Numbered from the stretch's first letter, positions 23,052 through 36,029 are shown. The stretch: 64,000 nt of DNA from Cyanophora paradoxa CCMP329 (GCA_004431415.1 QPMI01000123.1:62001-126000); one strand, 5' to 3'. The notes: generated by a model from the letters alone, not told the origin. Made by a program: numbers and translations.

Positions 23052-24789
23052 ATGGCGGAGGGCGAGCGGTACGGCGGCGCGTCCCTGGCCTCGGTCCGGG
23101 CGGCGCACGAGCGCATCAAGCCGTACATCAACCGGTGCGCCGTTCTCGGGCGAGCACTAGACGCTGGGACTCACGCCGAGCAGGACGCCCGTGCACACGT
23201 GCTCCACGCTGAACAAGCTCGCCTCAGAGGGCGCCGACGAGGAACGCGAGCTCTTCTTCAAGTGCGAGCTGTTTCAAAAAGTTCGAGCGTCCTGCACAGC
23301 GCAGCGGGCCCGCCTAAGCCGGGGTGCCGCGGCAGGTCGGCGCGTTCAAGTTCCGCGGGGCGATGAACGCCGTGCTGTGCCTGCCGGATGGCGTGCGGTC
23401 CGTCGTCACGCATTCCTCGGGTGCGTCTTGCTGCGCGTCCCTCCACGCGTGCCTTGTTCGCATTCACGCTAGCGCTAACGCGCGCGACGCTTCAGGGAAC
23501 CACGCGCAGGCCCTCGCGCTCGCGGCGCGGCTGCGGGGCCTCCTCCCCCACATCGTGATGCCTGAGAACGCCTCCGCTGTCAAGCGCCAGGCCCGTTGAG
23601 CCCTCTAGCGCCCTCAGCTAGCGCTGGGCCCTGACCCGCCCGCAGGCCGTGGAGGGGTACGGCGGGATCATCACTACCTGCGCTCCGACGCAGGCCGCTC
23701 GTGAGGAGGCGCGCTGCCCTTTCTGCCCACGAATATCGATTTCGCCCGTCACGCCGCCCCGCCCGCAGACGTGCGCCCGCATCGTGAAGGAGACCGGTAC
23801 CCAACCCCACCCGCGCCCTGCTCCTCTCTTCCGCTCCCTCCGAGCGTGCGGCGCAGGTGGGGCCCTCATCCCGCCCTACGACCACGTGGACGTCATCAGC
23901 GGGCAGGGCACCCTCGTGCGCCCGCTGCCCTCGGGCCCTCTCTGGAAACCCCTTCTGAGGCTCACCGCTGGGCCGCGGGGCGCGCGGCGCCAGGCGCTGG
24001 AGCTGCTGGAGGAGGTGCCCGACCTGGACGCCCTCCTGGTCCCCGTGGGGGGCGGCGGCATGCTCTCCGGCGTCGCCCTCGCCGCCCGCGGGGCCCGCCC
24101 GGTGATCCGCGTGCTCGCGGCGGAGCCGCTGGAGGCGGACGACGTGGCGCGCTCCTTCGCGGAGGGCCGCCTCGTGCCCCAGACGGCCCCCGCCACCGTC
24201 GCCGACGGCCTCCGCACCGGCATGAGCCCCCTGACCTGGTCCATCATACGGTGCCCCCGCGCCCCCGCGGACACTAGCCCCGCCGCCCCGCCCCCCCCCC
24301 TCCCCCCCTTTCCCCCCCCCCCCCTTTCCCGCTCACGGTTGTTCCCCGCTCACGGTTACCCCCGCTCCCGAAAATGCATGCTGTACCCCCGCTCACGGTT
24401 GTTCCCCGCAGGGAGAACGTGGAGGGTGTGATCACGGTGACGGAGGAGGAGATCGTGCGCGCCATGCGTCTCGTTTTCGAGCGCATGAAGGCGCGCCTGC
24501 CCTTGGCGTCGTGTATACTTAACCCTTCTCCGCTGACGGCTTCGCAGCTGGTGATCGAGCCCTCGGCGGCCGTGGGGGTCGCCGCCGCCCTCACCGAGAC
24601 CTTCAGGACGAAGGTACGACCCCCCGCCCCTAGCCCTCCCCTCCCGCTTCTAGCCCTCCCCTCCCGCCCCGACGACTCGGTCAAACGGGCCGGGCGGCAC
24701 TGCGTCAGGTGAAGGGCTGCCGGCGGGTCGGGGTAGTGCTCTGCGGCGGCAACGTCGACCTCGACGCCCTCCCCTGGATCAAGCGGTAG
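23052..24789 (+). CDS. SRR: Serine racemase / Ser-Thr dehydratase (PLP fold II), 11 exons
   Basis: KCELFQK|VGAFKFRGA (PLP lysine), THSSG|NHAQA, GQGT, VPVGGGGMLSG, IEPSAA and CGGNVD. Confidence 0.92.
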
Positions 24790-24989
24790 CACGCGCCGCT
24801 CCGCCCCACATTGCCGGCTGTTGCAATTTTGGCAATGCTCGAGGTGGTGCCCGGGCCCAGGGCTGGGGCCGGGGCTGGGGCCAGGCTCTTGGACTCTATG
24901 CATAGTTAATCTTGCATCAAAGTGGCATCAAAGCAGGAACGCCGCGGCCGGAGATGCGGTCGCAACCGCCCTAGGCCTCCATTTACTTG

Positions 24990-26741
24990 ATGGTAAGGCC
25001 GCGTGCGAGCGCCGGGCCCGGCGCGCGGCGGGGCTGACGGAGCGCCGCACAGGGCGCATACGTGGACGAGGAGGCGCTGCTGGACCTGGGGAACAGCGGC
25101 CTGCGGGAGTGGCCGACGGCCGCCATCGCGCGCGCCGGCCCCGCCGCCATCCGCAGGCTCGACCTCTCCGCCAACCGCCTCACCGCCATCCCCGGTGCCA
25201 CGCGCCCGCCGCCCGCTGCGCCCCCGCGCGCCGCGTGACGTGCCGCAGGCGAGGAGCTGGCGAAGCTGGTGAACCTGGAGGAGCTGAACGTGGGGTACAA
25301 CCAGCTGCAGTCGCTCCCGCCGGAGATCGGCCGCCTGACGAAGCTCCGCGTGCTGCGGGTGAGGCCGGGGCGCCGCCCCTCGCGCCGCGCCCGCTGAGCT
25401 GGGCCGCCAGGCCGAGTGCAACCACCTCTCCGCCGTCCCCCGCGAGGCGCCCTTGCCCCGCCCGCCCCGCCCCGTCCGGGGCCCCGCCTGACGCCCCGCA
25501 GATCGGGAAGCTGGAGCAGCTGACGTGGCTGAACCTGCAGCACAACGGGTTGACGACGCTGCCGGTGGAGATCGGCCTGATCCCGCACCTCACCGACTTC
25601 CTCGTCGTCACCTCCGGCGACGTCCAGGCCCGCCCCGCCCCGCCCCGCGCCCCGTCGCGCCGCGCCCCGCCTGACGGGCGCTGCAGGACCGGGTGTCGGA
25701 GAGGCAGCTGGTGTGGCGGCGGAACGCGCTGGCGAACCTCCCCTCGGGGGACGCCTCCCTCCTCGCCCACCTCCGCACCGAGGCCGCCAAGCGTCCGCGC
25801 CCCGCCGCCGAGACCCCGCCGCCCGGGCCCACCGCGCCCCGCAGAGCTGGCGGCGCCGGGGGAGGCGCCGGGGGAGAACGACGCGCTCACCGCCCAGCGC
25901 GCCCTCGCCCGCGCCTGCCTCCAGTCCGCCCCCCCGCCGGCGGCGGCCGCGCGCACCCGCTGAAAGCCGCGCAGGGGGGACGAGCAGGCGCTGGAGGGGA
26001 TGCCGCCGCCCGACGTCACATTCCTCGTCGAGCGCGGCGGTGCGCCCGCCCGGCCCCCGCCCCGCCCCGTTCCGCCTGAGGCGCGCGCATGGGCAGGGCG
26101 GAGCGCGAGCATCCCGGCGCACGCGCTCTTCCTGCAGCTCCACAGCGAGCACTTCCGCCGCATGCTCGGCGCCGGCATGCGCGAGGCCCGAACCCGCGTC
26201 ATCGAGGCGAGCGCCCCGGCCCGCCCTGGCCCCCTCGTCGAGCCCGTCGAGCCCCCCCCAGGTGACGGAGTACAGCGCGGGGACGGTGTGGGCGCTGCTG
26301 GGGTACCTCTACACGGGCGAGCTGCGGGTGGAGGCCGGGGAGGAGGAGCCGGCGGCGGCGCTCGTCGAGCTGCTCCGCGCCGCCCACTTCTACGCCCTCC
26401 CGCGCCTCGTCCAGCGCGTCGAGGAGCGCCTTTGCCGCCCGGGCCTCCTCGCCGCCGCCTCGGCCCTCCGCGCCCTCGTCGCCGCCGACCAGATCGGCTG
26501 CGCGCGCCTGCGGGCGGCCGCGATGGGGGTGGTGCGCGCGGGCGCACGGGGCGGCGGTGGTGCGGACGGGGGAGTACCGCGAGCTCGCGGCCGCGGGGCA
26601 CGCCGACCTCATCGTCGAGATCAGCGAGGCCCTCGCCCCCCGCTGACCCCGCCCCGGCCCCCGCCCCCGGGCCCGAGCACGGGGCCAGCCCGCCCAGCAC
26701 CTCCTCGAGCTCCTCCACCCTTTTTTTTACTAAATAAATAA
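24990..26741 (+). CDS. LRR + BTB/POZ protein, copy 1 (C-terminus frameshifted relative to copy 2; possible pseudogene)
   Basis: ATG-only first coding exon. LRRs LDLSANRL, LNVGYNQL, LNLQHNGL; BTB DVTFLV..IPAHALFL..SEHFRRML..LLGYLYTG. Four extra nt near 26535 bypass the homologous TGA at 26644. Confidence 0.85.
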
Positions 26742-27214
26742 TGTAACACGTACTTTTCCGCTTTACAAACGGCTGAGCTCGAGCCGGCCGGCCCGGCGGC
26801 GCTCGAGCGCCCCCTTCCCATCGATTTGAATTCCCGAGAAAATTCTACTTTCGCGAACCGTACTTGTAAATGCTTCATACTCGAGACATGAAGGACACAC
26901 AATTGCACTTCGACACACGTTTTAAAATCTCCGTATGTACGTATACATGCCTACTCCAAATTCGAATCATGATTAGCAACATTATTAATATTCCGAAGTT
27001 CATGATTCGAAATGACTAGGGATACTATATAGCTAATGATGAATCGATTTCAATGACTACTAATCGTGAATCGACGATCTACTAATTCTAAATTCATTTC
27101 CATAGATCTACTAGGCTAAAATGGGTTCGAAACGAATATTCGTTTCTCGCGATCGGAGTCGGGTCTAGAATCTGTCTATATCTAAAGATATCGATCCGGT
27201 CCGCACTCCGGCCA

Positions 27215-27276
27215 GCGACTCTCGCGCACGGTCGCGATGAATCCCGCGACTCTCGCGCACGGTCGCGATGAATCCC
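27215..27276. repeat. 31-bp perfect tandem duplication
   Basis: GCGACTCTCGCGCACGGTCGCGATGAATCCC occurs twice in tandem. Confidence 0.9.
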
Positions 27277-27368
27277 GGAAATCTAGCTATGTATACTACT
27301 ACCGAAATTAAAATAGCAGTGCGTCGCGTTTGCAAGCGGCTGCTATAGCTAGCTACATGGTGCGTTTT

Positions 27369-30300
27369 CTAGAGCACATGCATATGCAACAAAATAAGGG
27401 ACACGATGACCACGATGATGGATACAAAGTGCAAGCCCCGAGCAGCTCCGCTAGCGCTGTTAGCTCCAGATCCGCCGTTATTATTCGAGCTTGCTGCGTT
27501 GTACAGGCCAATCTTGAGCGATTTGTTTGAGATAGCGTTCTGCGCACGGGCACGATCACGATCAAGAAATTGATTGCGACTTGCCGTAATCCCAATTGCA
27601 ATGCTCAACATATATTGAGTGATAACGCACGTTGAGTGCCGTGATAAAGGAGTCGGTAGTCGAGAACTGGCCTCCGCGACCAACCGAAAGCTCCAGGATC
27701 GTCTGAACGCTGCAAGACATTCTTTTGAGAGCCACTTGCGAGCGCTCAACTGAACTGACAGCGCTGCTGATGCCAGCGTAGGATAGCTGCTCCATCTGCA
27801 AGTTGCGATATTCGAAATAAATTACAATTACGATTAACATCGATATCGCAAAAACCAGATGCATCTAGATCTCGTTTTTAGTGCCCACCGCAAGTAAGGT
27901 GTTGTCCGACAGGAGAGCTGTGCATTGCGCAGCAGTTGTGTCTAGGCGGATGGTGTAGCTCTTGGGATCTTTCTGCACGTCTGTCGCCGCCGCAACCGGC
28001 GGGATGTACGTGAATGTGCCCGCAGGGTATGTAACCACGGTCTCGTTTGCAATGCCTGCTGCCTTGACTCCGTTGATCTAGTGTGTGTGCGGTTCAAAGT
28101 CAAAACAAAAGTTCGCGTGCAGTCTGTGATGACGAGCAAAGCTTTCAGCTGGCCATGTATAAGCATGGACGAACCGTGAGCCCAGCAGAGCTGCCCACTG
28201 CATTTTTCAGCGAGGCGAGCAGCGCCTTGCCTTGCACTCCGGTGTTGCCAGTAGTCGTGATTTGGTCACGAATAGTGACGGAGAAAGATCCGGTGGTCGC
28301 CAGCAGTCGACGGCTGGCCGGCCACAAATGAAACTCGAACGTCAGTCGAAAAGCCCGGTAAACGTTGTGATCATGATCAGCAGCTGCAGCGCGTACCGGG
28401 TGTCTTTGCATGCAGCATCGCCAACGCTCAGCATGCTGTCGTCATACTGGCTGTTTTCCGCACTCAAACTTTTAAGGATTTCCGCACGAATTCTGTTCGG
28501 ATTGAAGGAATTTCTCCAGTCGTCGCACTGCGGTATCGATCGACAATCGGTAAGCAGATCTAGAAGCGGACAATCGACAAGATTAGGACGAGCCTTGGCA
28601 CGATTGTCGAAATTCGACGAAATCGCTGTCTTGTACTCCTTGACTTCTTGCTTAACAACGACTGGTGTCTTAGGCCCCGAAACAGCGTCGCTCATTGCCG
28701 TGTCGGTGGTCGCTGTGGTGTTCGCATTGGAAACAGCAGGCGTAGGTGCTGGCTCGACGGGCGTCGTAGGCGGCGACGACGGGGTTGGCGGTGTGGTTGG
28801 GAGCGGGGTAGGCGTGGGCGGAGGCGCTGCCGTTCTGATAGTGATGCTGGCCGAAGCGTCGGAAGCAGTGCTCGACACAGTTTGCGAAGCAGTACACGTA
28901 TACGTCATGTTCGCAACGAGAGTGATCTGATTCGAAATTCGAGATTAGACTGATTATACTTTCGGGAAAACAACGCAAATGCATTATATATGATTATCTA
29001 TTTGTGCGCATGCATACCGTAACGGTTGCGTATCCGGTCGCATTCCGCGGGCCTGAGCCAGTCGCAGCGCCAGCTATAGCAGAGCCAGAACTCGGAATTC
29101 GAAGACAAGTGACAGTTCCCGCAGTTGCCATCGAATACAAGCTCACAGCGAACACGCCAGGAATCCCGTCGGCTGTGTACGGGAGCACGGAGCCGGAAGC
29201 CGGGGACGTAATAGCAGGGATCGGAATTTGCGTAATGATGGTCACGGATGCGCTCGATGGAGAGACCCGTCCATCCGCTTGCGTCTGTGTTGCAGTACAA
29301 ACCACTTCGGTCGTGCTAAACGGGAGAGCAACCTGCGCAAGATGGCCCGTGGTTCGTGTCAAGTGGTGGGCGTTACGTACACGCTTTGATTAGAGCGCAC
29401 GCGCGTATACGTATACGTACGCACCAGTGCACTTCCTGAACTGCCCGACAACGTGAAGCCCGTCGACGTTACGGCTGAGCCGCCTGATGGCGTGCATGTG
29501 ATTGCGGCCGAGGAGCTGCTGGACTCCATCGCGAGAACGAACTTCACTTGCCCGTTTGCATCTCGAGCAGCGAATCCGGTCAAAGGAGCCGAAATGATAG
29601 GCGCTGGAACGCTCGTCGTTAGAGTTGCACTCGAGCCCGCTGCAGACGCAACTCCATTGATTGTCTGTGAAGCGACGCAGCTGTACTGCTTGTTTAAAGC
29701 CAGATTAAGCTGTTGGCGTTGGAGCGATTTCAGACATAGCGAAAATATTAATTATTTAGACATAGCATAGACGACTGTTGGCATTTGATTTATTACACAA
29801 TAATACCGTAGTACATATTACTTGCAATTGAATTACCCGGATTGTCGCTATCGTACCCCCGTTCGCGGTGGCTTTGATAGAATTTACGCCATCGTAGTCA
29901 GTGTTGTTGTTCGAAACGACTGTGCTCGTGCCAACCTCGGTGCAGTTGACCACAGCTCGAGTTGACTCCGCGTGGACAGCAACGGACACGTTACCCTTTT
30001 GATTCTCGAGGAGTATGAATCCCGATGCCGATGTCACAATGGATGGTGGGGGTGGAACTGTCGTAACATCGACTGCATCCGATTTCGGCGATGCAACGCC
30101 GACAACAGTCTGAGTCGCTTCACATTTGTATGGCTTGTTCGTGGGAAGCGAAATCTGTCCATGGGACATATATATACATGAGTTTTCGTCATGAACGCGA
30201 TATAATTGTAATATTCATCATATGTATATGCGCATGCATATGTGTGTATATATATGTTATATGCGCATGCACCAGAACAGTCGCCGTTGATATGCCATTG

Positions 30301-32470
30301 GCCGCCGTGGTTTTGAGTGATGTGGTCCCATCGTAGTCGTTGTCTGCACTTGAAATTGGGCTGGCGCCGGTTTCGGTCGTCGTACACATAACTACTGCCC
30401 TTGTTGATGCCACGTGCACAAGAATATTAAGACTTGCATTCGTTGGAGGGCTGCCCGACAACGCCAAGAAGCCAGTCGTTGTTATAACGGGTTTCGGCGG
30501 GATCGTATTCACGTAGTTCGGGGAGCTTGCTGCAGATACTGCACTTTGTACGGTCTGGTTCGCAGTGCATAAAAATGATTTGTTAACGGGCAGTGCAATC
30601 TGCGCAGTCGCAGTATTCGAATGCGTGCGTCAAGAGCAGAAAGACCAGTATATATATATGCCATGATGAACAGCCTGTCAGACCTGAATCTCTATGACAT
30701 TGATGGCTGACTTCACAAAGTAATTGCTGTAGTACACGTTGAGCGTGTTTGCCTCTGTGCATGTGAGCGTAGCTTTTGTTGAATTCGGATGAACGTCGAT
30801 AGAAATAGTTGTGTTCGGAGGCGAGCCTGCGAGGAGGACGAATCCCGAGGTGCTGACTGAAGGGGGATCCGGTATAGTGGTAATCACAACAGGCAGTGAC
30901 TCTTGAGAGCTGACGGTTTTCACCGTTTGCCTCGCAGTACAGGTATATTTTTTGTTTGTGCCAAGGGCAAGCTGCGCAACCAGTAAAAAATTATTTAGAT
31001 TATCTGGATCGGAGCTCGCGGGTGCACACTTTGATAATCGCAAGACTGCCAGACTTGACTGCTGTCGTTGAATCGTAATCAGCATTAGTGCTTCCGACGG
31101 TCTGATTAGTGGCTACGTCCGTGCAATTCACAACCGCTCGTGTTGAAGAAGCATTGACTTGGAGTCGAATTGAAGCGAAGTTGCTTTCGAGAAGGACGAA
31201 TCCAGAGAACAAGAAAGCGGGTGGCAATGGCGCTGGAATTGCGCTAACGTTGAGGAAAACACTCAGGCTAGGGTCCGAAACCACGCCGCCAACTAGTTGG
31301 TATGCATAGCATTCGTATTTCGTGTTGGGAAGGAAAGGAATCTGCGCAGACGTATGCGTATACATACTAATAAGCTTAAGTATATACATTTGAACATTTT
31401 GACTCACCGCAACAGAGATGAAATTGCTGGTGAAACTCGATCGGACATTTGTGTTGTAGATGTGAGAGTTTGGAATGTACGTATACCCTGCTCCGTATGG
31501 ATATGTACCAGTACAGCTGACTAGAGCAACTTCGGCGAGCGGGTGGACAGTGACTGTAACATGACCCCGCAGTGGGCTTCCAGTCAGCTCAATGTCTCCG
31601 CGCCCTTCGACAACGATCGACGCCGGAGAAAAAGTCGTTATCGTAACGACACGAGATGAAGCCGACATGGCCGAGCACGGCACGGAAGTGCAGCCATTGC
31701 GAGTTCCATAGTACATGGTCGCGCTGCAATTGTAGGTGATGTCCGGAAGGAGCGCGAGCTGCGCTTGCACGTGCGTGGTCAAACATAAAGATAGCTATAT
31801 ATATATATAGCTATAGCTCTTGCTCTATATAGCATGCGCAAGCAGCTCATGACCAGCAGCTTATAAGCGTACATGTACATACCTTCACGAAACCTGAGGT
31901 GGCTCCGTTGAGGTTGGACCCGCTGTCAATTCCCGAGCTTACGCCATCGTAGTTGGCTTGAGAACTCTCAGCTGCAAGGCTTTGATCGTAGCTGCCGTTC
32001 TCCATCATCACCCCACATCTGACAATCGTTCTGTTTGACCAGGCGTCCACTTGCAAATTGATTCTCGCTGATCCGGCCGTCGAAAGGGGAACATATCCAG
32101 AGCTCGCGATCGTAATGTTCGGAGTCGACATCACTTGACCATATCGCTCTCCATCCGCACACGTGCAATCAACTGATCATGCACATGCATTTGCGCGTAT
32201 GCATTAGCACCGATGTCATGATGCATGCGCATATATATGTGTAAGCATGAACTTAAAGCACATGCATATGCATGCACCTCCTTCAGCTGCCGAAGTAACG
32301 CTTAAGGCCACAGAACAAACGAAACACATGTACAGAATGCATCTGGCGCTTGCGCATGCTGTTAACACCGACCGCGCTTGCAAGCTGCAGCTGCGGTTAT
32401 CGCTACAGCTGAGCATACGCATACGTATACGTGTACGATCGCGAATGATCATGCTCTCCGAATACCGCAT
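27369..32470 (-). CDS. Surface protein paralog B: signal peptide, 8 Ig-like repeats, Pro/Thr stalk, SEA-like region with RRLL, predicted GPI-anchor signal (multi-exon)
   Basis: Same repeat and exon architecture as paralog A, sharing ERSQVALKRMSCS and ATTGSFSVTIRDQIT. C-terminus ...SASGAARGLHFVSIIVVIVSLILLHMHVL*. The start codon is uncertain. Confidence 0.85.
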
Positions 32471-33578
32471 GGCTGCTATGTCCAAGCTTAAGGTTAAGCG
32501 CTAGCTCGGCTCACTGTGAGTCAGCCTTGACTCTTCTAACCTATATATAGCTAGCTATACTAATGATACCGTAGTACTACTGTATATGATAGATCCGATA
32601 TATATATATATCGATGATCCCGGAGTCCGATGATCCCGATCCGGATCGATATCCCGGCCGCGGCTCCCGCCGCCTCCGGGCCGGGCGCCGGCTCGCGATC
32701 AAGTCACTGACTCATTGAGTCATGAATCATGATTGCGCACGCGGACCTCAGCCTCCTCAGGGCCCAGCGCTAGCTATAGCCCCGCGCTAGCGCTATTCGG
32801 CCCAAAATGTATAATTCGGCATACTATAAAAGCAGCACCAAATTAATGCGTTTGGGGGGTTTACTTACAGCATTAATTTCTTTAATTTAACTTCTTGCGT
32901 TTTGTATGATCGACAGTAGATCGAAAACGCATTCAATTGGGGGCGCATTTATTTTGAAGAACTCGAGTCGAATTCGAAGTTCCGAATTCGAAGTTCATGA
33001 TCAACGGTCAACGTCGGTCATGAATGACTCAAACTTGCAATTGTGATCACGAAAAATGACGCGCGTACGCCGTACGTCACACGGCGTATACTATGCGCAG
33101 GGAAGATCTAGCGATCCGATTGAATAGAGAATCTCTATGCGAGCATGCCCGCAGCGCTACGGGAGGCGGGCACGCACTGCAGGCGTCGGCGTTGGCTGGT
33201 GCGACGAACTTGAAGCAGCTCCTGCGCAAGCGATCGCCGGTCAGATACGCGCGCCTACTCGCGTGACGTACGTTCGCGTGTACGAACGCGCGAATCGACC
33301 ATATGCATATAGATATGAATGTAACTATATTTAGCTCGATGTATCAATGATTGTTACTCAACCAAATTTAGCATCGCGATTACAATTGGTCGATTTCGCG
33401 ATCGAGATCTTGTCAGGATCTCGGCCGCGGGTTTTCAAATTTTAAAGAGTCTGTGACAAAGACTTTTCATGATCACGTTTCCCAAAAGATCTTGTGACAT
33501 ACTAGTATCATGATCGCGATCGATATCATTATCGGTCTACGGACTAGACTACGGTGTGCTATATATGATATATATATA

Positions 33579-33868
33579 CTGTAAACGTAGAAATTTTCAT
33601 CGAGACTTATTTTCGACAAAACCCAAAACTTGTTAAGAAAATATGGTTCGACAGCATCAATTGCAAATTTTCGTCAGCCCCAAAATTGCAATTGCATAGA
33701 CGGGTCAGCCGTTAGTACCCCTCGCCATACAAAATTTCCCGAGTCCGTTCAAGAGCATCAATTATATTCGTCAAAGTGCAGGTCTGACGAAGATCTAGAT
33801 CTAGATTCCTCCGTCACGGCGTCGTCGAAATAAATTAAAGACGCTGTCCAAGATTCCTACGTTTACAG
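33579..33868. mobile_element. Tc1/mariner-type MITE (290 bp)
   Basis: Perfect 12-bp terminal inverted repeat (TIR) CTGTAAACGTAG / CTACGTTTACAG, flanked by TA on both sides. Confidence 0.85.
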
Positions 33869-33899
33869 TACCGTATATATATATACGTAGTACTATTAT

Positions 33900-34850
33900 T
33901 AGGCCTGCGGCTTGCAGGCAAGCCCTTGAGCCAAGCCCTTCAGCCGGGCTGGGGGGTCAAGCCCTTTCCCGGCTTTTGGCCGGCTCAAGCCGGCTCAAGC
34001 CCTGGAGCCGGAGGGGGGGGGGGGGGGGCGTCGGAGGGGGTGCCGGACGCAGCTGCGCGCCTGCAGCGCATTCGAATCGAAGCTCAGCGGCTGCAGCTGA
34101 TATCGATTAGACTCTGAGAAGCTTAAGCTATAAGCCTGCGACGGCAACGTTGATTAACCCCCATATACGTATACCGTACGAATACCGGTATGGTGCCGGG
34201 GCGCCGTACCCCCTCGCACGCGTACGCGCGCGCCGCGCGCGGCCGCGCGCGCGCGGCCGCCGGGCCGGGGCCGGGCGCCCGTCCGGATCCGCGGCGCGCG
34301 CTGCACATGTACATGTACAGCCGCGGCCCGGCGGCCCGGCGCCGGCCAGCCGCGTTCTCATTTCATGTACAATTGCGCAAAAGATGATAAGAGTAAAAAA
34401 AAATTTGCTCCCCTCTCGGGGTTATCGGACCGGGCCACGACGGGCATGATGACCCTTAACCGCAGCCTGCTCCCTCTGCGCGTTACTATGACGCACTGGA
34501 CGGCCCACACCTCGAAGGTGAGTGCCGCTATGGGGTCCGACGGTCCGCCCGGATTCGAGGCATTTCGGAGCCCTTCAAGGCTTAGAAGTCGGTTTCCGGG
34601 ATTTGAACCTTATTCAGGTTCAGCCGCCCCTCACGGTCGGAAAAGATGATAAGAGTATATGTACATGCGTTTCTTTGTGAATTCGAAGCTAAATATATAT
34701 AAGCATTTCGCTGCGGTGCGAAGGGCCTTCGAAACGGTACCCCCCCCTCAGGCTTGCCGCAAGCCCGGCCAAGGGCTTGACCCCGCCGGGAGCTCAAGCC
34801 CTTGGGCCGGCCGCTCGACCGGCTTGGCTGACGTAACGGCACGAGGCCTA
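33900..34850. mobile_element. Degenerate non-autonomous DNA transposon (hAT-like ends) hosting the SINE-like insertion
   Basis: TAGGCCT...AGGCCTA ends. Clustered CAAGCC(C) subterminal motifs at both ends include inverted GGGGTCAAGCCCTT / AAGGGCTTGACCCC. No TSD found. Confidence 0.45.
34396..34640 (-). mobile_element. SINE-like retroposon (245 bp) with B-box, T-tail and 17-bp TSD
   Basis: AAAAGATGATAAGAGTA at 34379-34395 and 34641-34657. The minus strand has GGTTCAAATCCC (34609-34598) and ends in a T run (34403-34396). Confidence 0.7.
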
Positions 34851-35001
34851 CTGTAGAACACTTAAGTAATGCGAGGCCTACTGTAGAACACTTAAGTAAT
34901 GGCAGCAAAACGCATTAATTCGGCGGCGCATTATTAGCCATACTAGGGGTCCGGGTCCAAAAACGCATTAATATCGGGCGCATTAATTAACTGTTCTACC
35001 G
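34851..35001. mobile_element. Tc1/mariner-type MITE (~150 bp) with a tandemly duplicated left end
   Basis: Left end CTGTAGAACACTTAAGTAATGCG versus right end (reverse complement) CGGTAGAACAGTTAATTAATGCG. TA flanks, internal CGCATTAAT repeats and a 30-bp duplication at 34842-34901. Confidence 0.75.
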
Positions 35002-35125
35002 TAGTACGGTAGGCCTAGGATCTTCTTAACTTAAACTCAAGTTAATTCGAATTCTGATCCAGGCCGTGACGTGCCGCACAGTCTAGATCTGCACTGACTC
35101 AGTGACGTGATACTGACGTCGACTC

Positions 35126-35629
35126 CAGTGATGGTATTCCGAATTTCTCCAAAAAACGACCATTTCGGAAACATTTCGGAAATATTTCGGAAATATTTCC
35201 GAAATATTTCCGAAATCAGGGGCCCCTCGCGAGGGCCCTTCTGCTAATGCCTGACGCTCCCTTTAACCTTCTGATGCTTTCCTTAATGAAAACTGTCCAG
35301 TTTGTGTCTTCTAGATCATCAGAACATGCGACATTCCAAAAGGGAAATTCACTACTCGTACCCCCTGTCAGCCATGTTGGCGGCTGAGTTCCGGATCTAG
35401 ACATCTCAGATAGACTCCTATCGTGTTATATAAGCTTTTTATCACGTTTTCTATCATTCTAATGCGTTGTTTCGCCGTGTTTCGCGCAGAATGTGGCAAA
35501 ACGAGGGTACCCCCCCTTAAATAGAAACAATTCCTAATTAGGGGGTCTCTCGGGACCTTTTCGGAAACAATTTCGAAATTGATTTCGAAATTGTTTATAG
35601 AAAAGTTTCTAGAAAAAATGCCATCACTG
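35126..35629. mobile_element. Non-autonomous hAT transposon (504 bp)
   Basis: TIR CAGTGATGG(T/C)ATT. Perfect 8-bp TSD GTCGACTC at 35118-35125 and 35630-35637. Subterminal 11-bp ATTTCGGAAAT-type repeats. Confidence 0.92.
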
Positions 35630-35804
35630 GTCGACTCTGCAGCCGGCTCCCCGGGCCCGGCCGCATCATCGACTCATGATCACAGTGTGCATGTGCTAGT
35701 CGCCAGGCTCGCCGAGTCGATCGCTCGATCAGGGTGGCCGGCCGCCGGCGGCAGTATACGTAGTAGCTATCATGCATAGATCTAGACTGTATAGTAACCT
35801 ATTA

Positions 35805-36029
35805 CTGTAGGAATGCATTTTTAGCCGATGTTTTAAATTGCCGTATATTGCCGAGACTCCGGATTCGGCAATTTTAAGCAACGGCAATTCTCAGGGGGTA
35901 GGGCTAAATGGCCGCTTTTGTATGGCGCCATAGAAGAAATCCAAAGTTTCGGCAATTTATCGTCACGGCAATTCCGGTTTTGGTCGAATTCGGCAATTTA
36001 ACTACGCGGCAATTTAAGCATTCCTACAG
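35805..36029. mobile_element. Tc1/mariner-type MITE (225 bp)
   Basis: Perfect TIR CTGTAGGAATGC / GCATTCCTACAG, TA TSD and repeated AATTGCCG motifs. Confidence 0.9.

Noticed and set aside
25628-25686. C-rich 5' and G-rich 3' intron halves forming hairpins that display the branch point
   Set aside because: Such pairing is expected by chance at this GC content; it cannot be supported without shuffled controls.
34404-34480. tRNA-like 3' end as a real tRNA gene
   Set aside because: No canonical acceptor or anticodon stems; it lies inside a TSD-flanked insertion.
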